A DNA stretch of 64,000 nucleotides from Acidimicrobiia bacterium. Lineage in GTDB: Bacteria; Actinomycetota; Acidimicrobiia; IMCC26256; JACDBD01. Shown in pieces: positions 1 to 9,642 of this stretch. Numbering within the stretch: position 1 is the first letter of the stretch; each line of letters starts with the position of its first letter. Both the position numbers and the translations under genes were made by a program. The notes beneath the pieces were generated by a model. That model was not told the origin of the DNA, ran no database searches, and saw only the letters and a program-made list of their open reading frames with translations. The stretch is from NCBI GenBank assembly GCA_050743365.1, contig JBOGFI010000050.1:2917-66916 (forward strand). The letters are read 5' to 3'.

Positions 1-1291
1 CGACGATGTAGTCGGCCTCGTACGCGGTGCCGTTCATCACGAAGTACCCGGCGCCGTAGCTCTTGCGCATCACGACGCTGATCTTGGGCACCGTCGCCTC
101 CGACACCGCGAACAGCATCTTGGCGCCGTGGCGGATGATCCCCTGCTTCTCGACCGCCGACCCGACGATGAACCCGGGCACGTCGTGCAGGAACACGAGG
201 GGGAGGCCGAAGGCGTCGCACAGCCACACGAAGCGGGCGACCTTGTCGGCGGAGTTCACGTCCAGCGCGCCGCCCAGCACCATCGGCTGGCTCCCGACGA
301 CGCCGGCGGGCTGCCCGCCGAAGCGGGCCAGGCCGGTGACCACGTTCTTGGCCCACTCGGGCTTGATCCAGAGCACGTCGCCGTCGTCGACGACGGCCTG
401 AACGACCTTGCGCATGTCGTAGGCGCGCCGGGGCGCGGTGGGCACGATGTCGTAGAGCTCCTCGACCCGCCGGTCGGCGGGGTCGGCGGCCTCGGCGACG
501 GGTGGGGGCTCCTGGTTGTGCGACGGGAAGAAGGAGAGGTACTTGCGAACGATCTCGAGGCACTCCCGGTCGTCCGCCACCTCGAGGTCGGCGACACCCG
601 AGATCTTGGTGTGGACGGCGGAGCCGCCCATCTCCTCCTCGGTGACGTCCTCGCCCACCGCCGCCTTCACGAGGTGCCGGCCACCGAGGGCCATCGACGA
701 CGTGCCCTTCACCATGGGAACGAAGTCGGCCAGCGCCGGGATGTAGGCGGTGCCGGCGGCGCAGTGCCCGAGCATGGCCGCCACCATCGGCACCACCCCG
801 CTCATGGCCACCTGCTCGCGGAACAGGTCACCGGCGCCGGCGAAGGTGGACCCGCTGGTCGACTGGATGCGGGCCCCGGCGGAGTCGAGCAGCCACACCA
901 TCGCTATGCGCTGACGCACGGCGAGCTCCCGCAGGCGGGCGATCTTGCGCTCGCCGACCTGCCCCATCGAGCCCGCCATCACGGTGAAGTCGTAGGCGGC
1001 GACGGCGACGCGGCGGCCGTCGATCTCACCCACACCGGTGACGGCCCCGTCGGCGGCGAGGTACCGGTCGCCGAGCCCGGTGTCCATGTGGTCGGCGAGC
1101 ATCCCGTACTCGACCCAGGTCCCGGGGTCGAGGAGCAGGTCGAGGCGCTCGCGGACGGTCAGCTTGCCCTGCGAGTGCTGGCGTTCCACGCGGTCGGGCC
1201 CACCCATCGCGAAGGCGCGGTCGCGCCGCTCCTTGAGCTCGCCGACCAGCGGCCCCCAGTCGTGGACATCGCCGCCGCCAGTAGCAGTCAT
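1..1291 (-). CDS. Acyl-CoA carboxylase carboxyltransferase (beta) subunit, partial (C-terminus beyond position 1)
   Basis: Absent from the ORF track because it runs off the window edge. The reverse complement from ATG at 1291 reads MTATGGGDVHDWGPLVGELKERRDRAFAMGGPDRVERQHSQGKLTVRERL...AAYDFTVMAGSMG...VVMRKSYGAGYFVMNG, typical of AccD/PccB-type carboxyltransferases. Track ORF 128..1342(+) is its antisense shadow. Confidence 0.85.
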   Translation of the reverse strand, partial: MTATGGGDVHDWGPLVGELKERRDRAFAMGGPDRVERQHSQGKLTVRERLDLLLDPGTWVEYGMLADHMDTGLGDRYLAADGAVTGVGEIDGRRVAVAAYDFTVMAGSMGQVGERKIARLRELAVRQRIAMVWLLDSAGARIQSTSGSTFAGAGDLFREQVAMSGVVPMVAAMLGHCAAGTAYIPALADFVPMVKGTSSMALGGRHLVKAAVGEDVTEEEMGGSAVHTKISGVADLEVADDRECLEIVRKYLSFFPSHNQEPPPVAEAADPADRRVEELYDIVPTAPRRAYDMRKVVQAVVDDGDVLWIKPEWAKNVVTGLARFGGQPAGVVGSQPMVLGGALDVNSADKVARFVWLCDAFGLPLVFLHDVPGFIVGSAVEKQGIIRHGAKMLFAVSEATVPKISVVMRKSYGAGYFVMNGTAYEADYIV

Positions 1292-1295
1292 GCAC

Positions 1296-2627
1296 TCATG
1301 CTTCCACGGCGAGCACCTGCCAATCGCCGGGGACGCCCTTGAGCTCGTGACGGCCCCGGTCGGCGAACTCGATGCCGGAGCCCGCGACGAGGTCGCGCAC
1401 CGTGCTCGTGACCAGCACCTCGCCCGCGCCCGCCAGCGCGGCAACGCGGGCGCCCGTGTGCACCGCGATACCCGCCAGGTCGTCCCCCCGCAGCTCGCAC
1501 TCCCCCGTGTGCAGGCCCGCTCGGATCTCCAGGCCGAGGCCACGCGCTCCATCCGCGATCGCCTGAGCGCAGCGGATCGCACGTGCCGGGCCGTCGAAGG
1601 CGGCGAGGAACCCGTCACCCGTGGTCTTGACCTCCTGGCCTCGGAACCGCTCCAGTTCGCGGCGGATGACCGCATCGTGGGCGTCCAGCAGCTCGTGCCA
1701 GCGCCGGTCGCCGACCTTGGTGGCCTTCTCGGTCGAGCCGACGATGTCAGTGAACAGCACCGTCTTGAGCACGCGGTCCGGCTCGGGCACCGGGCGGACG
1801 CCGGTCAGGTGCTCCTCGAGCAATCCAGCCAGCTCCGCGCTCTGGCCGGGATCCTCGCCGAAGCGGACCGGAGACGCCGGAAACTCGACATAGCGGGCAT
1901 CGGCGATGTGCTCGGCGAGATGGCGCATCCCCTCCTCCGGCCACAGCGGGTGCCCGGCGTAGTGCACGACCAGGGTCGGCGCGGTGATGGTCTCGAGGAC
2001 GTCGCGGACGTCGGTGGCGTAGATCGTCCGGAACGCGGCGGCCGCGGTCCTGGGTGTGCCGGCGAGGGCCTCCCTGCGGGCCAGGCGACGACGGCTCTCC
2101 TCGTCGTCGGTGCCCCAGGAGCGGGCCATCATTCCGGTGCCCCACTCGCGTTCCACCGTCTCGATCATCCCTGCCGCGGCATCGGGACGCGTCCCCCAAG
2201 GCCAGTCGGGGGCCCACGTCAGCCGGGGCGTCGTCGCTCGCAGCACGAGGGCGGCGGTTCGGTCGGGGTGCGTTGCCGCGAAATACATCGCCACCGGCCC
2301 GCCGTCGGCGACGCCGAGCAGCGCGGCTTTGTCCGAGCCGACGGCGTCCATCACGGCACTGACGTCGTCGATCCGCTCCTCCAGACTCGGGACCTGGTCG
2401 GCGGGCAGCCGGTCCGAGAGCCCGCTGCCCCGCTTGTCGAGCAGGATCAAGCGCGCGAACCGCGTGATCCGCTGGTACAGGTCGGTCAGGCCAGGGTCGG
2501 CCCACGCCACCTCGAGCGTGTCGAGCAAACCGGGAACATGAACCAGGTCGACGGCGCCCTCACCGACGACCTGGTACGCGATGTCGAGGTCGCCGCTCTT
2601 CGCGTAGCGCGTCTCGGGAGGCTCCAT
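1296..2627 (-). CDS. Alpha/beta-hydrolase fused to class III adenylate/guanylate cyclase (paralog 1)
   Basis: ORF 1296..2657. Preferred ATG is 2627 (MEPPETRYAKSGDLDIAY, matching the paralog N-terminus). The hydrolase nucleophile elbow reads GVADG (Ala where Ser is expected). Cyclase motifs are VLFTDIVGST, EVKTTGDGFLAAF, GLHTGECE and IAVHTGARV. It ends 4 nt upstream of the carboxyltransferase start. Confidence 0.8.
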   Translation of the reverse strand: MEPPETRYAKSGDLDIAYQVVGEGAVDLVHVPGLLDTLEVAWADPGLTDLYQRITRFARLILLDKRGSGLSDRLPADQVPSLEERIDDVSAVMDAVGSDKAALLGVADGGPVAMYFAATHPDRTAALVLRATTPRLTWAPDWPWGTRPDAAAGMIETVEREWGTGMMARSWGTDDEESRRRLARREALAGTPRTAAAAFRTIYATDVRDVLETITAPTLVVHYAGHPLWPEEGMRHLAEHIADARYVEFPASPVRFGEDPGQSAELAGLLEEHLTGVRPVPEPDRVLKTVLFTDIVGSTEKATKVGDRRWHELLDAHDAVIRRELERFRGQEVKTTGDGFLAAFDGPARAIRCAQAIADGARGLGLEIRAGLHTGECELRGDDLAGIAVHTGARVAALAGAGEVLVTSTVRDLVAGSGIEFADRGRHELKGVPGDWQVLAVEA

Positions 2628-2629
2628 CT

Positions 2630-3967
2630 CTATGCCTCGACCGCCAGCACCTGCCACTCACCCGGCACGCCCTTGAGCTCGTGGCGGCCTCGGTCGGTGA
2701 ACTCGATTCCGGACCCGGCCACCAGATCCCGCACCGTGCTCGTGACCAACACCTCACCCGGCCCCGCAAGGGCAGCGACGCGTGCACCGGTGTGGACCGC
2801 GATACCCGCGAGATCGTCACCGCGCCGCTCGCATTCTCCGGTGTGGAGTCCCGCCCGAACGGCAAAGCCGAGCTCCTGGGCTCGAGTCGCGATCGTCTGC
2901 GCGCAGTTGATGGCTCGGCCGGGTCCGTCGAAGGCGGCGAGGAATCCATCACCGGTCGTGTTGACCTCCTGGCCACGAAACCGCTCCAGCTCACGGCGGA
3001 CCGCGGCATCGTGGCTGTTGAGCAGTTCCTTCCACCGGCGGTCGCCGAGTTCGGCGGCGCGCTCCGTCGAGGCGACGATGTCGGTGAACAGCACGGTCTT
3101 CAGCACGCGATCGACCTCGACCACCCAGTCGTGCCTGCGACCAGTGAGGAACTCCTCGATCTCATCGAGTGCGTCTTGCTCGCCGTGCTCCGAGCCGTTC
3201 AGATGCCACCCGCCCGGGAGCTCCACGAAGCGCGCGCCCTCGATGTGGTCGGCCACATACCGTCCGCAAATGCTCGGGACCACGTAGTCACCAGTCCGAT
3301 GCACGACCAACGCCGGCGCAGAGATCGCCGGAAGGGCGGTGCGCACGTCGATCTCGACGTTCCGTCGGAGGATCTCGCGGACCATCGTCGGGGTCGACGC
3401 GCTGCGCTCGTAGCGAGCGATGAACATGGTCGTCTGGGCGTCGTCCGACAGGTTCGCGACGAAGAAACGCAGGGCGTGGCCGCTCCCCCAGTCTCGGACC
3501 GCTGCCTCGGTGACTTGCTCGACGACCTCGGGCACAACCCCGATCGGGTAGTCGTCGGCCATGAGGATGCGCGCGTACGTGCCCCACGTGACGAGCGCCT
3601 GCGCCCGTTCGGGATAGGTCGCGGCGAAGAGGATCACGAGCGGCCCGCCCTCGGAAACTCCGACCAGAGCGGCGCGCTCGGACCCGGCCGCGTCCATCAC
3701 CGCGCGGATGTCATCCATCCGGTCCTCGGCGGTTCCGAAACCCAGCGTCCGGTCGGACAGTCCGGTGCCGCGCTTGTCGAACGTGATGACTCGGGCGAAG
3801 GACGCCAAGCGCGTGTAGATGCTTTGCAGGAGAGGCATCTCCCATGCGAGGTCGGCATGGGAGATGAATCCCGGGACGAAGACGACGTCGAAGTCGCCCT
3901 TACCGAAGACCTGGTACGCGATCGAGAGCTCGCCGCTCTGCGCGTACCGGGTCTCGGGAATGTCCAT
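2630..3967 (-). CDS. Alpha/beta-hydrolase fused to class III adenylate/guanylate cyclase (paralog 2)
   Basis: 445-aa ORF starting MDIPETRYAQSGELSIAY. The nucleophile elbow GVSEG is intact. Cyclase motifs are VLFTDIVAST, EVNTTGDGFLAAF (Asn where paralog 1 has Lys) and IAVHTGARV. Its stop lies 2 nt from the start of paralog 1. Confidence 0.8.
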   Translation of the reverse strand: MDIPETRYAQSGELSIAYQVFGKGDFDVVFVPGFISHADLAWEMPLLQSIYTRLASFARVITFDKRGTGLSDRTLGFGTAEDRMDDIRAVMDAAGSERAALVGVSEGGPLVILFAATYPERAQALVTWGTYARILMADDYPIGVVPEVVEQVTEAAVRDWGSGHALRFFVANLSDDAQTTMFIARYERSASTPTMVREILRRNVEIDVRTALPAISAPALVVHRTGDYVVPSICGRYVADHIEGARFVELPGGWHLNGSEHGEQDALDEIEEFLTGRRHDWVVEVDRVLKTVLFTDIVASTERAAELGDRRWKELLNSHDAAVRRELERFRGQEVNTTGDGFLAAFDGPGRAINCAQTIATRAQELGFAVRAGLHTGECERRGDDLAGIAVHTGARVAALAGPGEVLVTSTVRDLVAGSGIEFTDRGRHELKGVPGEWQVLAVEA

Positions 3968-3971
3968 CGCC

Positions 3972-4745
3972 CTAGCGGCCCTTCCACTCCGGCTTGCGCT
4001 GCTCCCGGAATGCCGCGATGCCCTCGGCGGTGTCCTCCGACGACGACGTGACCGTGAGCATGCTCTGGAGGTAGGCGAGGGCGTCGTCGGCGTTCATGTC
4101 GAGCATCCGGTAGAAGGAGCCGCGGCCCCAGCGCATGACGAGCGGAGACTTCGCCGCCAGCGTCGCGGCGAGCTCGTCGACGGCGGCGTCGAGCTTGCCG
4201 ACCGGCACGACCCGGTTGACGAACCCGATGCGCTCGGCCTCGGCCGCGTCGACGCGGCGACCGGTGGCCATGAGCTCCAGCACCTTCCTGGGCGGCATCG
4301 AGCGCAGGAGCGGGACCGTGATCATGTAGGGCCACAGGCCGACGTCGATCTCGGGCGTGCCGAACTGCGCGTCCTCGGCCGCGATCACGAAGTCGCACGC
4401 CAGGGCGAGCCCGAACCCGCCGGCCAGCGCGTAGCCGCGCACCCGGGCGATCGTCGGCTTGCCCAGTCTCCACATCTCGCGGAACAGGTCGGCGAGCAGG
4501 CCCCGGCCGTCATGGGAGGCAGCCGCACCCGTGTCGGCGATCCCGCCGAGGTCGGCGCCGGCGCAGAACGCCTTGTCGCCGGCGCCGGTGAGCACGACGA
4601 CGCGCACCGCGTCGTCGGCCTTCGCCCGCGCCATCGCCTCTCGCAGCCCGTTCATGACCGTGAACGACATGGCGTTGCGCCGCTCGGGCCGGTCGATCGT
4701 GACCCGGGCGGCGGCGCCGTCGACCTCGTACCGGACGTCCTCCAC
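3972..4745 (-). CDS. Enoyl-CoA hydratase/isomerase (crotonase family)
   Basis: 257-aa ORF: VTIDRPERRNAM, VLTGAGDKAFCAGADL, GYALAGGFGLALACD. It is first in the minus-strand operon, 4 nt upstream of cyclase paralog 2. Confidence 0.85.
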   Translation of the reverse strand: MEDVRYEVDGAAARVTIDRPERRNAMSFTVMNGLREAMARAKADDAVRVVVLTGAGDKAFCAGADLGGIADTGAAASHDGRGLLADLFREMWRLGKPTIARVRGYALAGGFGLALACDFVIAAEDAQFGTPEIDVGLWPYMITVPLLRSMPPRKVLELMATGRRVDAAEAERIGFVNRVVPVGKLDAAVDELAATLAAKSPLVMRWGRGSFYRMLDMNADDALAYLQSMLTVTSSSEDTAEGIAAFREQRKPEWKGR

Positions 4746-4801
4746 AACGCGGCATCGTAGAGAGCCGCGGCCGGCAGCCGCCCGCCCGCTAGCGTTCTTC
4801 C

Positions 4802-5569
4802 GTGTACTGGCTGGCGGTGGCGCTCGGCGTCGCCCTCCTCGTGGTGCTGGCCACGTGGGGGAGTTTCCCCCGCCTGCTCGGCCTCCGGCTCCACTCGGTC
4901 TGGCTGTTGGTGGCGGGGCTCGGCGCCCAGATCGCGCTCGAGCTCGTCGACTTCTCGGCCCCGCGCCGCGACGACCTCGGCTTCGGGATCCTCATGGCCT
5001 CGTACGCGCTGATCCTGGCGTTCTGCTTCGTGAACCTGCCGGTTCGGGGTATTGCGGTGGTCACCGTCGGCTTCGCGATGAACGCCCTCGTGATCGGGCT
5101 CAACGAGGGGATGCCGACCCGTGACCACGCGGTCGAGACGGCGTCGGGCCGGGAGGTCGAGCGCCCGGTCGACCGCACGGTCAAGGAGCGGCCCGAGAGC
5201 GACAAGGACCTCCTCCCGTTCCTGGGCCAGATCGTCCCGTTGCCCGACAACCGCGTGGACGCCGCCCTCTCGTTCGGGGACCTGGTGATCGCAGTGGGCG
5301 TCGTCAACGTCTGCTTCCAGGGCAGCCGGCGGCGGCGCCCCGCCCGCAGCGCGGACGTGGTTTCGCAGGACGCGGTCTGGCAGGACGAGGAGCGCGCCGA
5401 CCTGACGGCCGCAGATCCGGCCGAACCACCTGCGATCGACTGGCGTGCGCCCGTGGTCACGCCGGCCGCGCCCACGCACGCCGCCCCGGTCGACACGCGA
5501 GAGCAGTGGCTGGCGGAGCTGCGGGCGCTGGCCGGCGACGTGGAGTCCGGCTCCGACCGGAGTGCGTGA
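4802..5569 (+). CDS. Polytopic membrane protein, function unknown (possibly DUF5317-like)
   Basis: 255-aa ORF with a GTG start, several hydrophobic spans in the first 100 aa and again near SFGDLVIAVGVVNV, and a charged low-complexity tail. The family assignment is from memory only. Confidence 0.5.
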   Translation: MYWLAVALGVALLVVLATWGSFPRLLGLRLHSVWLLVAGLGAQIALELVDFSAPRRDDLGFGILMASYALILAFCFVNLPVRGIAVVTVGFAMNALVIGLNEGMPTRDHAVETASGREVERPVDRTVKERPESDKDLLPFLGQIVPLPDNRVDAALSFGDLVIAVGVVNVCFQGSRRRRPARSADVVSQDAVWQDEERADLTAADPAEPPAIDWRAPVVTPAAPTHAAPVDTREQWLAELRALAGDVESGSDRSA

Positions 5570-6648
5570 CGCGCGACGCGGTCCTCCTCTCCTACCGGCT
5601 GGGTAGCGCCGACGGGGTCTCGGTGGAGGCGGCCAAGTGGGAAGGCGCGCTCGGCGCGCTCGGGTTCTCGGTCCGCCACGTCGCGGGTGAGCTGCCCGAC
5701 ACCGGGCGGACCGACGACATCGTCCTGCCGTGGCTGGCGTGGGAGCCTCCGCCGGGCGCCGGTCCCGAGCCCGACGCCCTCTCCGCCGCGCTCTCGGGCG
5801 CCGACCTCGTCGTCGTCGAGAACCTGTGCTCGCTCCCGCTCAACCCGGTCGCGGCACGCGCCACCGCGGCCGCGCTCGACGAGCACGTCGGCCGCGTCCT
5901 CTTCCACCATCACGATCTCCCCTGGCAGCGGACGCAGTTCGCCGCAGTCACCGACCTCCCGCCCGACCGTCCCGGCTCGCTGCACGTGACGATCAACGAC
6001 CGGTCGCGTCGTGAGCTCGCCACGCGCGGCATCCGGGCATACACCGTGCACAACGCCTTCGACGTCGACGGGCCGCCCGGCGACCGCGCTGCCACACGCG
6101 CCGCCCTCGGCTTCGGCGACGGCGAGGTCGTCGTGCTCCAGCCCACTCGTGCGATCCCCCGCAAGGACGTCCCCGGCGGCCTGCGGTTGGCGGAAGCCGT
6201 CGGCGAGCTCCTGCCCGAGCGGTCGGTGCGGTACTGGCTGACCGGCCCGGCCGAGGACGGCTACGGGCCCACGCTCGAGCGCGTCCTCGCGCAGGCGACC
6301 GTACCCGTCATCCAGGGCCGCGCTGCCAGCACCGCCGACGCCTACGCCGCCGCCGACGCGGTCGTGTTCCCGTCGACGTGGGAGGGCTTCGGCAACCCCG
6401 TGATCGAGTCGGTCATCGCCCGCCGTCCGCTGGCGGTCGCGCACTACCCCGTCCTCGACGAGATCCGCGCGCTCGGCTTCGAGTTCTTCTCCGTCGATGC
6501 GCCCCGACCGATGGTCGAGTGGCTGCGCGCCCCCGACCCGGCCGTGCTGGCCACGAACCACGGGATCGCCCGCCGCCACTTCTCGCTGGCCGACCTCCCG
6601 GGTCGGCTGGAAGCGGCGTTCGGGGCGGTGGGATGGTCGACCTGGTGA
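5566..6648 (+). CDS. GT-B glycosyltransferase (GT4/GT1-like)
   Basis: ORF 5506..6648. GTG 5566 overlaps the upstream stop (GTGA). The C-terminal half has the GT4-type FPSTWEGFGNPVIES motif. Confidence 0.7.
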   Translation: MTRDAVLLSYRLGSADGVSVEAAKWEGALGALGFSVRHVAGELPDTGRTDDIVLPWLAWEPPPGAGPEPDALSAALSGADLVVVENLCSLPLNPVAARATAAALDEHVGRVLFHHHDLPWQRTQFAAVTDLPPDRPGSLHVTINDRSRRELATRGIRAYTVHNAFDVDGPPGDRAATRAALGFGDGEVVVLQPTRAIPRKDVPGGLRLAEAVGELLPERSVRYWLTGPAEDGYGPTLERVLAQATVPVIQGRAASTADAYAAADAVVFPSTWEGFGNPVIESVIARRPLAVAHYPVLDEIRALGFEFFSVDAPRPMVEWLRAPDPAVLATNHGIARRHFSLADLPGRLEAAFGAVGWSTW

Positions 6649-6908
6649 AGGGGCCCGACGACCCGGTACGGGCACGCCGGGCCCGCATCGCCCGCCGGGT
6701 GCGGTGGGCCTCGCGCGCCGGATACCTCGCGCTCGGCGTTGCCGTCGTCTGCTTCGCCGCCGCCGTGGCCACCGACTTCCCGGCCGTCCTCGTGAACCTC
6801 TCGGCCGCGGGCCTGGTGGCATCGTGCCTGATCCTCCCGGTCACCATCATCGTGGGGTACGGCGTGCGCGCCGCCGAGCGGGAGGACCGAGAACAGCGGT
6901 ACGGTTGA
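6633..6908 (+). CDS. Small two-span membrane protein
   Basis: Internal ATG 6633 of ORF 6378..6908. MVDLVKGPDDP..., then two hydrophobic helices (YLALGVAVVCFAAAVA, AAGLVASCLILPVTIIVGYG). It overlaps the GT stop by 16 nt. Confidence 0.45.
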   Translation: MVDLVKGPDDPVRARRARIARRVRWASRAGYLALGVAVVCFAAAVATDFPAVLVNLSAAGLVASCLILPVTIIVGYGVRAAEREDREQRYG

Positions 6909-6942
6909 CCAGCCGGTCAAGAAACAGCGCAGGGAGGGCAGG

Positions 6943-8049
6943 ATGCCGAGAGCTGCCATCTGCAACGCCGTCGGCGAGCCGCTCGAGGTCGCCGACGTCG
7001 ACCTGGAGCCGCCCCACGCCGGAGAGGTGCGGGTGCGCCTGGGCGCGTCGGGCGTGTGCCACTCCGACCTGTCGATCCAGAACGGCACCATCCTCGTGCC
7101 CACGCCGCTGGTGCTCGGCCACGAGGGCGCGGGTGTGGTGGAGGAGGTCGGCGACGGCGTCGACGCCGTGAAGGAGGGCGACCGCGTCGTCATCTCGTGG
7201 GTGCCCCAGTGCGGCCACTGCTACTTCTGCGAGCACGGGCAGGGCCAGCTGTGCGAGGCGGGCGCCATCTCGATGACGACCGGCGGCCTGCTCGACGGCA
7301 CCTACCGCTTCCGGCGCGGCGACCGGGAGCTCGGGCAGATGGCGGCGTCGGGCACATTCTCGGAGGAGACGATCGTCCCGGCCATCGGCGCGGTGAAGGT
7401 CGACGACGACATCCCTATTACCGCGGCCGCACTGATCGGCTGCGGCGTGCTCACCGGCTTCGGCGCCGCCACCAACACCGCCGACATCCACAAGGGCGAC
7501 ACGGTCGCGGTGTTGGGCTGCGGCGGCGTCGGCCTCAACGTGATCCAGGGCGCCCGGTACGCGGGGGCCGAGCGGGTCGTCGCCATCGACATGATGCCCA
7601 ACAAGCTCGATCTCGCGAAGCAGTTCGGCGCCACCGACCTCGTGAACGCGGGAGAGGGCGACCCGGTGTCGAAGGTGATGGAGCTCACCGACCAGCGCGG
7701 CGCCGACGTGGCGTTCGAGGTGATCGGTCTGGGCCCGACGATCGAGCAGACCATCGCCATGACCCGCCGGGGAGGCCAGGCGATCATGGTGGGCGTGCCC
7801 AAGATGGAGGTCATGATCAACCTCCCGGCGTTCTTGGGGCTGGTCCTCCAGGAGAAGACGATCAAGGGCTGCTGGTACGGCTCCAGCAACGTCCACACCG
7901 ACGTGCCCAAGCTCGCCCGCCTCTACGGCGAGGGTGAGCTCATGCTCGACGAGCTCGTCTCGCGCGAGATCAAGCTCGACGACGTGAACGAAGCCTTCCG
8001 GGCCATGCAGGCGGGCGAGGTGGCCCGCTCCGTCATCGTCTACCAGTAA
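6943..8049 (+). CDS. Zn-dependent alcohol dehydrogenase (class III / medium-chain family)
   Basis: 368 aa: GVCHSDL, GHEGAGVVEEVG, CGHCYFCEHG, GCGGVG Rossmann. An SD-like GGGAGGG precedes the ATG. Confidence 0.85.
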   Translation: MPRAAICNAVGEPLEVADVDLEPPHAGEVRVRLGASGVCHSDLSIQNGTILVPTPLVLGHEGAGVVEEVGDGVDAVKEGDRVVISWVPQCGHCYFCEHGQGQLCEAGAISMTTGGLLDGTYRFRRGDRELGQMAASGTFSEETIVPAIGAVKVDDDIPITAAALIGCGVLTGFGAATNTADIHKGDTVAVLGCGGVGLNVIQGARYAGAERVVAIDMMPNKLDLAKQFGATDLVNAGEGDPVSKVMELTDQRGADVAFEVIGLGPTIEQTIAMTRRGGQAIMVGVPKMEVMINLPAFLGLVLQEKTIKGCWYGSSNVHTDVPKLARLYGEGELMLDELVSREIKLDDVNEAFRAMQAGEVARSVIVYQ

Positions 8050-8122
8050 CAGCTCGCACGCGCGCCGGCGCCGAAAGCGTGGCAGAGGGGCTTCGCAGCC
8101 CGTCGATGCTCGGGGGGGAACG

Positions 8123-9556
8123 TTGAGACCGCTGCGCTTCCTCGGATCACTAGGGCTAGCCGCTGTCCTGGTGGTGGTCGGGCTCACCGCCTGCCAGCCC
8201 GTCCCGCCCAGCCAGCCTCTGATCGTCAGCGCCAACCCGGCGCTATACCCGGCGTTCCAGACGGGCGTGGTGGACTACGTGAACCGGTGCGTCCCGGCCA
8301 CGCCGACCGAAGTTCAGATCACCGCCCCGAACGGCACCACCGTCTCGGTGGACGGCTCTCCGCCTCAGAGCGGGACGTTCACCCTTCAGGTGGTCCAGGA
8401 CGAGGGCAAGCGCTTCACCATCGACGTGACCACCGGTGGCACGACGACGAACCACCACGTCCGGTGCCTGCCCACCGACTTCCCCAGCTGGTCGGTGGAG
8501 AAGACCGGCACCCCACAGGCGGAGTTCTACGCCACCGTCATGATCCAGGGCCCCAGCACGCCCAACTACTCGGCGATCTTCGACACGAACGGCGTGCCGG
8601 TCTGGTGGCTCGACCGCCAGCCGACGTTCCTGTTCACCCCGCTGCCCAACCGGGACTTCGCCATCATCGAGGCCGGGGCCGGCATGGAGGAGTACGACCT
8701 CGACGGCAATCTGGTGCGGACCCTCAACACTGTCGGCGGTCCCGTCGACAACCACGACGTGATCCTGTTGCCCAACGGCAACTACGTGATGGCCACGGTC
8801 CAGCAGCAGCCGTGCGACCTGTCGTCCTGGGGCCTTGTCGGCCTGCAGACCTGCGTCAACCACGTCTTCCAGGAGCTCACGCCGCTCGGCGTGGTGGTGG
8901 GGGCGTGGGACGCCAGCTTGAACATCCCGGTCACCGAGACCACGCCGCCTTGGCGCGACAACCACGACACCGTGCCGCCGGACGTCTACGACCCGTGGCA
9001 CTACAACTCGGTCGAGTTCACCGGGGACGGCTTCATCATCAGCTTCCGTCACCTCGACGCGGTCTACAAGATCGACAGCCTGACCCTCACCGGGAGCATC
9101 GTGTGGAAGCTTGGTGGCGTCCTGCGGCCCGAGAGCCTGACCCTGGTTGACGATCCCCTCGGTGGCGTCACCGGACAGCATGACGCCCGATGGCTCGGCG
9201 ACGGGACCGTCACCATCCACGACAACGGCACGAACGCCCTCGGCCTCGGGTCGAACCGTCAGCCCCGCAGCGTCCGCTACGCCGTCGACACCGGAGCCAT
9301 GACCGCCACGTTGGTCGAGGAGGTATACGACTCCGACGTCGCATCGTCCCCGTGTTGCGGCTCGACCCGGCGCCTGCCCGGGGGCAACTGGGTCACGGGC
9401 TGGGGCGGAAGCGGTCAGATCTCCGAGTACGACCCCGACAGCACCCGGGTGTTCCGCCTGCTCGCAGGCTTCGTGTACCGGGGCATTCCCCTCCTGCCCG
9501 GCCAGTTCACCGCCGACGAGTTCCGGGCGGGCATGGACGCCCAGTACGCCGCCTAG
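8123..9556 (+). CDS. Arylsulfotransferase (ASST)-like beta-propeller lipoprotein
   Basis: 477 aa with a TTG start and a signal peptide ending in the lipobox LTAC. Repeated HD/WHYNS/GQHDARWL/HDNG motifs resemble ASST-family propellers; the family call is from memory. Confidence 0.55.
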   Translation: MRPLRFLGSLGLAAVLVVVGLTACQPVPPSQPLIVSANPALYPAFQTGVVDYVNRCVPATPTEVQITAPNGTTVSVDGSPPQSGTFTLQVVQDEGKRFTIDVTTGGTTTNHHVRCLPTDFPSWSVEKTGTPQAEFYATVMIQGPSTPNYSAIFDTNGVPVWWLDRQPTFLFTPLPNRDFAIIEAGAGMEEYDLDGNLVRTLNTVGGPVDNHDVILLPNGNYVMATVQQQPCDLSSWGLVGLQTCVNHVFQELTPLGVVVGAWDASLNIPVTETTPPWRDNHDTVPPDVYDPWHYNSVEFTGDGFIISFRHLDAVYKIDSLTLTGSIVWKLGGVLRPESLTLVDDPLGGVTGQHDARWLGDGTVTIHDNGTNALGLGSNRQPRSVRYAVDTGAMTATLVEEVYDSDVASSPCCGSTRRLPGGNWVTGWGGSGQISEYDPDSTRVFRLLAGFVYRGIPLLPGQFTADEFRAGMDAQYAA

Positions 9557-9586
9557 TCGCCCGGTCACCGATTCATCCAACCCGTC

Positions 9587-9612
9587 GGGACGCTCCTACC
9601 ATGGGAGCGCCC
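9587..9612 (+). terminator. Hairpin downstream of the ASST-like gene (no U-tract)
   Basis: GGGACGCTCC-taccatg-GGAGCGCCC (9 bp with one bulge) sits 31 nt after the stop at 9556 and is followed by an 11-nt tandem duplication. Confidence 0.25.
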
Positions 9613-9642
9613 TGATCGCGCCCTGATCGCGTAGGAGTCACG

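Noticed and set aside
128-1342. 404-aa plus-strand ORF (and similar ORFs at 1038..3287+, 2681..4051+, 6847..8235-, 8243..9580-, 9565..10731-)
   Set aside because: They have Arg/Gly/Pro/His-rich low-complexity translations with no motifs. Each lies exactly antisense to a gene with clear family signatures. These are typical high-GC shadow ORFs.
4789-6822. 677-aa minus-strand ORF spanning three plus-strand genes
   Set aside because: The translation is Arg/Pro/Gly-rich nonsense. The plus-strand membrane protein, GT and small membrane protein have coherent motifs and coupled starts.
9607-9628. 11-nt perfect tandem duplication gcgccctgatc x2 upstream of the aldo-keto reductase gene
   Set aside because: It is a single slipped-strand-type duplication in an intergenic spacer, with no further copies or associated structure. 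It is probably neutral.
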